Source: Vezdaea acicularis | Lineage: Eukaryota | Assembly (NCBI GenBank): GCA_026025075.1 | Contig: JAPEUI010000004.1 | Location: 248,001 to 312,000, forward strand | Direction of reading: 5' to 3' | Length of the DNA: 64,000 nucleotides | The notes under the pieces: model-generated | What the model saw: the letters and a program-made list of their open reading frames with translations, nothing else | Told to the model about the DNA's origin: nothing | Databases searched by the model: none | Translations under genes and position numbers: made by a program | Part shown: piece after piece, positions 38,578 to 49,000 of the stretch | How the letters are laid out: every line of letters starts with the position of its first letter | How positions within the stretch are numbered: the stretch's first letter is position 1

Positions 38578-38832
38578 ATGTGCGAGAAACATTTGATATA
38601 TCACCCCCGCTACGAACATACATGGCAATCCGGGGTCCATCGATGCAACAAACGCGCCTGCAACGACCAGACATTGCTTACAACGACAGCCAGAGAGATC
38701 TGCCCTGACTGCCGAGGAAGGAACCAGCCGCAGCTAAGACTGGACCAGCTTCAATTAGTTGAGCCGTTCAACGACGATGAGGCATGCAGAACATGTTGGG
38801 CCGATAGCGAAAGCGATGGGGATTCCGATTAA
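38578..38832 (+). CDS. Small Cys/His protein (84 aa), MC-starting putative zinc-binding family
   Basis: ttcacaATG context; TATTTAA ~100 bp upstream; MCE..Y..H..C..C..CPDC..CRTC pattern with an acidic tail. Confidence 0.55.
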   Translation: MCEKHLIYHPRYEHTWQSGVHRCNKRACNDQTLLTTTAREICPDCRGRNQPQLRLDQLQLVEPFNDDEACRTCWADSESDGDSD

Positions 38833-38909
38833 ACGTGAGAACCGAATCAGCGTTAGCCTGATGCCAGAGGCCTGGTAGACTTGGAGCTGCGGTGGTGAGA
38901 AGGAATTCA

Positions 38910-40012
38910 TCATGTGAGGACGGCTTGGCTCTGAGGAACGTCGGTCTCGAGTTCGTATTCGATCTCCACGTGTGGCCCTTCGACAGAGAGTGTCAGTATA
39001 CGTGGTGGATGGGGAAGAAGAGTAATTTCTTACCTTTCTTCTTCGGCTTAGCCAACGGTTGTGAGCCCCTCTTCCGCTTCATTCCTGCAACAGTCTCCTT
39101 GAGATTTCCCTCGTCTTCTTCGTCTTCACTCCCGGTCCCACTTTCGCTGCCAGACCCATCTTCTTTGTCTTCGCCATTCTCATCGTCGTCGCTCTCGCCG
39201 CTGTTCTCCCCGAGCCATTCTTCCAAGTCTCCAAGGTCGTCGGCCGATTCGCCTTCCAAGTCACTGACGTACTCCACTTCTGCTTCCCCTTCAATTTCTT
39301 CCTCTTCTTCCTCAATACCGTCGTCCAAATCCTCATCACGCACACCTTCACCCTGCCTCTCCAACCCCTTGAGCACTTTCTTCCAAATATTTTCCTCCAC
39401 ATTCAGTGGATTGTCCCCATATGCCCCACTCCTCAGCCTTTCGATTAATTCCCTTTCGATCGCCCTCTCTACCTTCGCTGCCGCCTCCGCCTTCCTCTCC
39501 CTTGTTTCCTCCTTCCTTCTCAGCTTTGGCGCTAGCTTCGGCACCAGCTTCTCACCGAGCCTCTCCTCTTCCCTTGCCAGACGCCGCATCCTGATTGCCA
39601 CTTGCGTCAACCTCGTTAGCCGCTGCTTGCATTTATGGATCAAGAATTTCGGCCAGTATATCAGTCGCTCGTCAATCTGCTCTAGGGCTTTGGCATAGTT
39701 CTGATTAAGTTTGATTCGCTCCCATAGCTTCGAGGGCATGTGTGACCGTTCGATCGTTTTCATGTACAGGTAGAGCGTTGAGGAGCCGGGGTGCGAGCGG
39801 ATTGTGGCATAGCGGGAGTTGGCGAGGGGGCACGACTGTCTGTTACAGAGACCGGTGACATTGTACTCATTGCGGCAGAAATTCTTCTCCTTGGTTGTCC
39901 TGTAGGAGTGAGGTTAGTTGTGGCGGGGCAATGCACATTCGAGGACCTACTTGAGTTTGAAGGCACAAAACTGTTGATTTATTACCTGCCAGACTATTTC
40001 GTCGGAAGACAT
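38910..40012 (-). CDS. MAK16: Ribosome biogenesis protein Mak16
   Basis: [21 protein letters not shown]|..[31 protein letters not shown], acidic tail; last exon GPHVEIEYE..; introns ~39900-39949 and ~38978-39033. Confidence 0.95.
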
Positions 40013-40267
40013 AATTGCCTAAGCCTCTGCTGATACGGCAGTGAGAGCTGAGAGCGAGACGCCCGCAATGAGGGAGAAACTGAATTTGGTTGCAATCAAA
40101 CCTCTAGAGGTCTTAGTGGGCAGAACTTTTCGGACGGTGCCAAGATTTCGCTACGGTGAGGCAGGACGGCTGAAAGTGCAGCTACAAACCGGAAGAAGCT
40201 AACCAAAATAACTCGAATCCCGAGCTCAAGCAATCCATCATCCACGGATAATTGTACATTCCGATCG

Positions 40268-42307
40268 ATGAGACAAGTCCAACATGTTGTGCGCATATCA
40301 AGACCATCGGTATGCCATCTTGCATCCACTCGCAAATTCGGCTCCAACGCACTACAGCAATCCTGCGCCTTGAGGCAAACCTCTTCACCCCCGAGGCGCC
40401 TCTCTACTCTATACCCGGCAGTGCCAACACTTGCGAGATTATCCAATTACAGCAGCAATAAGAGCACAAGCGTCCGTGATGGGACCACTTCTGATGCCGT
40501 CGCAGCAGTAGAACCAACCATATATGCCCTCTCAACCGCCCCAGGTAGGGCAGCCATAGCCATCATCCGCATCTCAGGCCCCGCCTGCCTCTCGGTATCT
40601 CATCCCTACCCCAACATAACGCTATACTCCCCTCTCCAGTCCTCTGGCTAATTTTCCACCTAGATCTACAGAGCTCTCTGTCCCTCCCTCCCTCTCCTCT
40701 CTCCGCGCCGGGCTACATTGCGCACCCTCTACCAACCACACGAAACTCCTTCCGCAAGCACCATCCTCGACTCTGGGACCATCGTGCTCTATTTTCCCGC
40801 CCCAAACACCGTAACTGGCGACGATGTGCTCGAGCTGCATATCCATGGCGGTCCTGCAACCACAAAAGCCGTCTTACGCGCTATCTCCTTATGCAACGGC
40901 GGTTCCGGCTGCCGCTCCAGCGCCTTGCGCGCAAGCTACACAACCTCCCCTAGTTCTTCCACACCAAGCGCACGCAACCATGCTCCAACCCGCTCCGTCG
41001 AACCAAGTGGCGGGAGCACCAGTCCTCCATCTCCAATCCGCTACGCCGAGCCAGGCGAGTTCACCCGCCGCGCCTTCGAGCGCGGCCGCCTCTCCCTCCC
41101 GCAAATCGAGGCCTTAGGCCACGTCCTCGACGCCAGCACTGAGCGCCAACGCCAGCTCTCCGTGCTCGGCTCCTCGAACCGCCTCGCGGCGCGCTACGAG
41201 GACTGGCGCGCCCAACTCCAGCACGCCCGCGGCGAGCTCGAAGCCCTCATCGACTTTGCCGAAGACCAACAGTTCTCTGAAACGCCGCGGCAGCTGGTCG
41301 CTGGGGTCACGCGGAAAGTGGTCAGGCTGAGAGGCCAGATTAAAGCGCAGCGCGAGAATGCGGTGCGTGGAGAGCTGCTGAGGAGCGGTATCGCCGTTGC
41401 GTTGCTTGGCGCGCCAAATGCGGGGAAGAGCAGCTTATTGAACTGCATCGTCGGCCGCGACGCCGCTATCGTGAGTCCCGAGGCGGGAACTACGCGCGAT
41501 GTGATGGAGCTCGGGGTTGATCTGGATGGCTGGTTTGTGCGGTTCATGGACTGTGCGGGCTTGAGGGGCGGTGAGGGGGTTGGACTAGTGGAGCAGGAGG
41601 GAATGAGACGTGCGAGGGAGAGGGCCGTACAAGCGGATGTTGTCGTCCTACTACTTTCCGTTGCGCCCGGCGAGGATACAGACGCCCAGGCGGAAGTCCT
41701 GGAGCTGGCGAAGAGTCTGGACGATGCCAAGAAGAACATCGTCGTCGTCCTCAACAAAATCGATACCCTCCCGACCCCCAAGACCGTTTGCAAGACCGAC
41801 TTGGCGGAAACCCTACAAACTGCACTCCCGGGCCTAAGTCCCGAAAGGATCTTTACCGTATCGTGCAAAGCCGCAGCAGAAGAGCACCTCGAAAAAACGG
41901 ACCCAGGGGGCATCCAAACATTCCTAAAAGGCCTAACCGCGAAATTCCACGACCTCACCTCGCCGCTCTCGCTGGACGGCGGAGGATCGGAGGGAACCCT
42001 CGCAGACCCTTCAGTCTCGGAGGAGAGTCTAGGCGCCACAGAGCGTCAAAGACTGCTGCTCGACGAGTGTCTGGGATGTCTAGACGCCTTTCTTGAGGAA
42101 GTGGAGCAAGGAGCGGTCTCGGCGAACGAGGACGAGGACGAGGACATAGATGCGGAGAATGATGAGACGGAGCTCGATGTGGTTCTTGCGGCAGAGTGGC
42201 TTAGGGAAAGTGCGGATTGCCTCGCGAAGATCACGGGGCGGGGCGTGGCGGGCGATGTGGAGGAGGTGTTGGGGGTTGTGTTTGAGAAGTTCTGCGTGGG
42301 GAAGTGA
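40268..42307 (+). CDS. MSS1: Mitochondrial tRNA-modification GTPase MnmE/TrmE
   Basis: TIYALSTAPGRAAIAIIRISG, TGDDVLELHIHGG, AEPGEFTRRAF, GAPNAGKSS, GTTRD, NKID, terminal FCVGK; intron ~40596-40663. Confidence 0.95.
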
Positions 42308-42482
42308 AGGAGGAGGAGCTTGGAGGGAGTGGAGTGTCTGGCGGATGACTTCTTCTCGTACCACCGAATGCTGTAAAGTTTACAGTGTGCAATGTTGGTA
42401 GAGGCAGATCTGGATTACTATTAAAGTCACGGGACTACTATCGTACAATCTATGCGTCGATGGTGGTACAGTCTAAAAGCAA

Positions 42483-42876
42483 ATGCAAAACCTCCCTGAA
42501 AATGCTGAAAATGCCGAAATGCCCGAAATGTGGCCTCGCAAACGCCTGCTCCATGCTTTTTGGTGCCCTCCGCTAAACTCGAGGTTTAGCCCGAGTTTTG
42601 ATAGCTTTGCCTGAGGACGTCTATATGATGCTATGCCGAGTGTAAATGCTGAAGAAGGACGCCGATATGCCAAAGTAACCAATGCTGAAAATGAAGCTGA
42701 GAACAGAAAAATGCCGCTATGCCCGAGTGAAAATGCTGATGAGAAGAAAAAAACGCCGGTAAGTAAATGCCGCTATGCTGATGATTGGGAAGAGATGCTC
42801 CGATGAAAATGCTGATGAGACGCTCCGACGAAAATGCTGAGAAGTCGCTAATTGAAACGCTCAGAGGCTGTGATGC
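42483..42876 (-). repeat. Dispersed cluster of GCAU (plus GCGU) motifs in the putative 3'UTR of the GRGGYN ORF
   Basis: 19 ATGC tetramers on the + strand in ~395 bp (hand count), mostly in AAATGCTGA/AAATGCCG/TATGCC contexts, plus several ACGC variants. Confidence 0.85.
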
Positions 42877-42921
42877 TGACATAGGAAATCTGAGGGGATG
42901 AGCCCGGCTCGGAGAACGCTC

Positions 42922-43107
42922 TTAGTTGTAGCCACCGCGGCCCTCGTCGTCTTTGCGGTTGTAGCCTCCCCGTCCACCTAGGGTTGGTTTCTGGTTGTAG
43001 CCACCGCGACCGCCAAGGGTTGGCTTTGAATTATATCCACCGCGTCCAGCGAGGACCATTATGCTGGCAGAGGCAGAAGCCGAACGGTTGTATCCACCAC
43101 GGCCCAT
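42922..43107 (-). CDS. 61-aa micro-protein with five GRGGYN repeats
   Basis: ATG with A at -3 and G at +4; repeat copies differ only at third codon positions; TATATAA on the minus strand at ~43522-43528. Confidence 0.85.
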   Translation of the reverse strand: MGRGGYNRSASASASIMVLAGRGGYNSKPTLGGRGGYNQKPTLGGRGGYNRKDDEGRGGYN

Positions 43108-46077
43108 CGTGTTTGTGGGATTGAGAAGTTGATATTAGGGTTCTTGTTATGCTCAGGTAAACCTGTTGGCTTTAAGTCGTAGTGCGTACTTTTAGTAGCG
43201 ACGAGAACCGGGAATCGACAGGAAAGAGATAGAGATATGGAAGATTAAGAAATCTAAAGAAAGCGGGATGACGGATAGGAAAGGCTGATATAATTGGAAA
43301 TCGAAATATCAAGCGCGAGTTGAGAGAGTAGGAGAGAAGGAGAAAACCTTGACTTCTATGAGACAGTGTTAGGCAGAGGCGTATTAAGGTTCGTTGGTGG
43401 GGTTGAGTGAGGTGGAGCGGGTTCTAGTGAGGAAGGAGAACTGAAAAGGAAATACGAGTAAGGAGAATATTGCTGGATGGTAGATGTGGAATGACTCTGA
43501 ATCAGTGGAGGATCCGGTCGATTATATACAGCCTCCTCTCACTCTTCAGCGCGGGCGTCTCAGCGCACGGCCCAATTGGGTCATCTCTTCCGACAGCGTG
43601 ATAGCACACCGCGCGCCCCGGCCAGCAGAATGACAACGGTCATGCCAGAGGTCATCGGCGAGCGGTGGTTATTCGAGCGGTGGATATCGAGCAGTGCCTC
43701 ATTGTGACGGGACCAAGCGCGATGCAGCCTTACGAGGAACGCTTTTCACGGCGCTAGCGACGGCGACCCACTTGGTCGGTGACGAGGACGAGGGACAGTC
43801 AGACTAGGCTTACTCGAGAGCTGGTGCAGGCCAGGGCGCTGGCACGGGCAGGGAAGGGCGTGCAGCGGCCGTTGGTCGAATCAGAGCGGCCATGGGGAGT
43901 ATTCGCCGGTGCGGGCTCAGTGCTCACCGGAGGGGCCAACGGCAAGTCGGTGGGATGCGCAGGCGGTGCATTGCGATGCTGCCCCCATCGCGGTGATGGC
44001 ATTAGGGCATGCCATTGGAGACATTCTTTTGCGTGCAGAACGGTGATTGGAGTGTGGCGGGGATCCCCGCGACCCCTCACGGGCCGTCGCTTAACTTAGC
44101 TCGCCAAGCCGTCACGACACAGAATAGCAGTCACACCGCTCACCCAACACCCCCCCTCCTTGGTGGAGCGTGGGGCCACCGACAGCCGACTGCTGCGCCT
44201 CAGCCAACTTTGCCCGAACCGGTGGTGGGGCTTACCACTGACCCCTTCAACACCGTCTTTTCACCTATCGGTCAGGGAAACGCAAAGCTTCTAGCGCCTC
44301 ATCCATCCTTCCATTCGTTTTCCTAACGTGGTAAGGCCACGATAAGTCATCTCCTCGGACGAGAAAGTCTCCCTGTCCCCCTCCTCCTTCCCCTTGCACG
44401 CCCCAACGGACGTGGACTCCTCATGCAAGTATTGCTCCTCTCAATGATGATTGTTCCTGGGTCTCGCCGTCTGCGTTCTGCGACCAGCACGAGAGACAGA
44501 ATCCGAAACTGCAGGAGCACGTTGGACGAAGAGCAGGTTGTTGGACGCTTAGCCGCGTCGATCCCAGACCGCGCTGATGCTTCAGTGCTATTTTCGATGC
44601 TGTGACCGTTTTTCGCGTGGGCACGAGCGCTAGAAGGTCGAGAATAGAGTGCGAATCCTCCGATGCAGGCCTCGCCGCCACGGCAACAATCCGGCGCTGA
44701 GCATGCGGAAGGGCGTGGGATGATGCCTGCTTCGAATTGCTCGAAATGACAGCAGAGAACGGGCATGGACGGGGCAGAAGGGTGGGAGTCGGTCAGCGGT
44801 GTTCCTGGTCCTCCGTCGGTGTCGCATCGGATGGAAAAACTTAGACCCGCCTCTAACTTTGACGATATCCTTCGCCCGGCGTCTTGATTGGCCAACCGGA
44901 TAGAAAGGACAGGATTAGGTCATATCAGAAGATCCCATCGCAGCTCAAACCCGTCGTATTTCGGTACCACCCTCTCATTCCGCCTTGGTTGCAAGAGCCG
45001 CTAGGCAGGCTGTGCTGCGTCCGCCCTAAGCTTAGCCGAATCTTCTGGATATCGTGAAGAAGCCTCTATCGGCTATCGCTTCAACGGACGAGCACGATTT
45101 GGCAGCTCTATCCTGAAGCTACGCAATCGATATTGGATTGATACTGCATTGATTTTACGATACAGTGCCATGCTCGGGCTCATTCGGAATGCGTGTCTTG
45201 ATGAACCATGTCGATACGACAAGCGGGGGGCGACAGGTCGGTCGTAACGAATGCGTAATCTATCGACGACTGCCTCAGACCTTCGTGGACGGAGAGATCG
45301 CACAAACGGTTGCCCGAGACGACACGAGAGGTGACGTTTCTGCTTCGCGACAGCTCAAGAGTCATCGGTAAGCTGCGAGATGTCTAGAATATTGAGTGTG
45401 GACAGCATTAGGGGGGCATGATGCTGAAAGGGGTGGATACTGAGCGTAGCGGACAGAAAAATTTCATTGGACATTTTTGAAAAGGGGACGCCTTGAATTG
45501 GCCGTGGCTTGGTCTTGTGTGGGCCGACCATTTGCACCGCCTCAGCCCTAATGGTGATTGGACCGAAAAACAAAATATTTTGAGTTCGACGCAATCTTGA
45601 CTGAACACGATTGAGAATTAGAGCCATCGATGATACTGCGGCCTAAATCTCACTTGCGTGATGTGCTGATAATCCACTGCTTGCACCTATCGGTTTGCCA
45701 ACTCAGTTTAAGCACCATCACGTGAGGTTTGCGGAGAGCGCGAACAGACCAACCGATGACATGCGGGGTGAATGTTCCGAAGGATCATCACCATCAGACT
45801 TGTCTTGCACGATTAGTACAAGTAGCTAGTTTCACATGTTTCAGTATCTTCCATATGAGATTCTTCGCTTGCTTCTGCGTCCTTTTCTGGGTGCGTCTTC
45901 GGGCTCGGATGAGCTCGCCTATTCCACACCAACATCTTTAGTGATACGCTCTCCCGACACGTGATTCTCCTGACCCGCTGCATTCGTATCATCACAGAAC
46001 CGCCAGATGGAGTAGCGGCAACATTACCCCTTCATCAACTCAATATCTGCAAGCAGCAAGTTGCTTCCAAATGCAGC

Positions 46078-49000
46078 ATGCCGGCTTCGACTCCATCAGA
46101 TTCAAAGTCGCGTCAGTCATCCGGTGGCAAAGGCTTCTTTTCGCGGTCGAAGCTGCACAAGGACAAGCCCGGGGAAAGGAGAAACGCCGGCGATGATGCC
46201 AGTCTCTTGTTGGAGCCGACAACAACTTCCTCGAGCGCCGGATCGAGAAGCTCGAGGCATACGCAGCGTGGATCGGTCTCATCGAGAGTCGATCTTGATG
46301 GCGGTGGCACAGTGGAGGATGACCAGTCAGGTCTTGCCATGACAGCCGGGGTTATCACATCCATACCGTATGATAGCGTGCCAGCCGATTCCAAGTCACC
46401 AATACCCGTAGATTATCTGCCCAGGGCAGATCAGAAGCCCGTGCGGAGGGAACCTTTACCTCATCATCTGAATAAGGGGGGTGGGGATTTCCATCAATAC
46501 CCGGCCTTCGTACCCGGCTCTGCACCGCCCAATGGTGGCTCACATCCTTCGGGTCCTCGACCAGCGCCTTCATCCTCTTACGGTTCAGCCTCCTTGAACT
46601 CGAATCATGGGGATCGTACTACCTCTCTCGCATATGGACGCGCAGGCAGTACCGCAAGTACCTACGACAGCACTTCCAACGGCAACTATAATTCGTACTC
46701 CACGACAGACACAGACCCGAGGGCTTCTTCCGACCAACAAAGCATATATTCCAGTAATTCTGCCATCACAAGTCGTTCCAGCATTTTCTCATCAAACAAT
46801 TCTTCACATCCTTCAGTCTCTTCATATGATACCCTTAAACCAACCGCGCATCATTCTTCATCTCGCAAATCGCATCAGAGTGGCTTTCACATACATCAGC
46901 CAACGGGCTTTCGATCAACCGCTTCATTTTCGCCCGATGGTTTCAACTTACAACGTCCAACGGATGATAAGATCATTGAGCACCAATTTCTGGAGCTCAT
47001 GCACAAGCGAGGATGGCATAACCTTCCAGAACAGGCTCGCAGACAGATGCTGGCCTACCCTCCAGCAAAGAAATGGACCTTGATTCATCAGGATAAACTG
47101 ACGGAATGGGAAGGGGATCAGAAGCGCCGGAGGCAGACTGTCCTGAATTCTGACGGTGGACACACATCGATGCTGCGAGTTGAAGAGGAGGGCAGCCCGG
47201 AGTGGTTTGTAAAGAAAGTCTTAGACGACAGTATCACTGCAAAGCAGCTCCAGAGTCTGCAAGTCAGCCTTCGCACACAGCCCATAAGGTAAGGACATTC
47301 TCTTGATAATATGGTCTAGCTTAACAGCGTTTACTAACTTTGTTCAGCTGGGTCAAAGCCTTTGTCGAAGCTCAGGGGCAGGTCGCCCTTACTAACACAC
47401 TGGCTAAAATAAATCGACGCCAGGCATCTGGGCCTGCGCCAGCCTCAGGAGTCACCAGTGATACCGATCTGGACCGAGAATATGATATCATCAAATGTTT
47501 GAGATCATTGATGAATAACAAGTATGGTGCCGACGATGCTATGCTACACCAAGGCGTCATTGTCGCCCTAGCTACGTCTTTGATATCGCCTCGGTTGACG
47601 ACAAGAAAGCTGGTCAGCGAAGTTCTCACATTCCTATGCCATTGGGCAGAGGGGGAGGGGCACCTTAAGGTCCTCCAAGGGATGGACTATGTCAAGAGCA
47701 TGCAGGGAGAGAATGGCCGGTTCGATGCGTGGATGCGCATTTTAGAAGTCACTGTCGATGGCCGAGGCAAGATGGGGAGCCTGGTTGGCGCCAGTGAAGA
47801 ACTCCGCAGCGGTGGCATAGGGATGGAGAACCTGCTTATGGAGTACGCCCTAACGACCCTTTTTCTGGTCAACGCTGTGATCAGTGCACCGACCCGTGAC
47901 CTGCAGCTACGATGTCATATCCGCGCGCAATTCACATCGTGTGGATTCAAGCGTATCCTTACGAAGATGGAAGGTTTTCAATACACCGGTATTGATAAGC
48001 AGATAGAACTTTACAGGGCGAACGAAGCCATTGACTACGAAGATCTCCTGGAGCGCGAGAACAGCAGCATTAAGGATAGCATTGAAGGAGAGGTCAAGGA
48101 TCTTAATGATCCGAGCCAGATCGTCGATGCTATCATGACCAAGATTCAGGGCAGTCGAACACAAGATTACTTTGTTTCCGCCATGCAGCATCTCCTTCTC
48201 ATGCGGGATAACGATGGGGAAGATCGACTCAGAATGTTTCAACTTGTGGACTCCATGTTAAGCTATGTGGCCATGGACCGAAGGCTACCTGATATGGATT
48301 TAAAGCAGAGTCTCAACTTTACAGTCCAAAGTCTCATGGACAAGTTACATACAGACTCTGAAGCGCGGCAGGCACTTGACGAAGCGCTCGAAGCCCGCCA
48401 GCTCGCAGACTCGGCGATTGCCGAACGGGACGAGATGAGGGCTCAAGTTGAATTAGGGGCTGATGGCGTTGTTGCGAAGCTACAAAAGCAGCTTGAAGAG
48501 CAAGCAGCGGTCATAGAAGTGCAGCGCCGGCAAACGGACGGCTTGAAAGGGGAGATCGCCGACATGCAAAGAGTCCGAGCTCAAGAGTTGCAACGAAATG
48601 AGCTTGAGACAAGAGAATTATATCTCATGCTCAGGGACGCCCAAGACGTTGCGGCTTCTGTTGCTGCCAAGGGTGGTAAAGAAGCGCTCGGTGCTAACGA
48701 TCCTACCCAGATGAGGGGCATTCTCGACAGGGAGAAATTGATGGACCGCTTGGAGATGCAGCTCGAACGGCAGAAGACTCAATTCAAGCTCGAGGGTAAA
48801 GTCTGGGGCCAAGTCGGCCCATCTGACAAGCTTCGGGAGCTGCGAGAGAAGATGGACGGTGATACAGGCCAAAAAGAAGAGTTTGAGGAGACAACCAAGC
48901 GCAACTTCACCAATAGCACATTGGGTAGCGTTGCTCGAGGTAAGAGCACAATGCGAGGCGCTCGCAAACCTTCTGAGGTCTTGGCTGAAGAAGGAGGAGC

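Noticed and set aside
38892..42039. Long antisense ORFs 38892-39698 (+) and 41194-42039 (-)
   Set aside because: Shadow frames of MAK16 and MSS1.
42631..42882. 83-aa minus-strand ORF just after the GRGGYN stop, as a second cistron
   Set aside because: The repeated motif is read in all three frames (SI/GI, AF, QH), so the repetition is at nucleotide level; no protein-like signal.
43779..45941. ORFs of 60-182 aa in the GRGGYN-sepA intergenic region
   Set aside because: Mostly non-ATG starts, overlapping on both strands, no motifs.
46071..46080. Out-of-frame ATG 7 nt upstream of the formin start
   Set aside because: Weaker context (C at -3) than the main ATG (A at -3) and the leader structure is unknown; not enough to claim uORF control.
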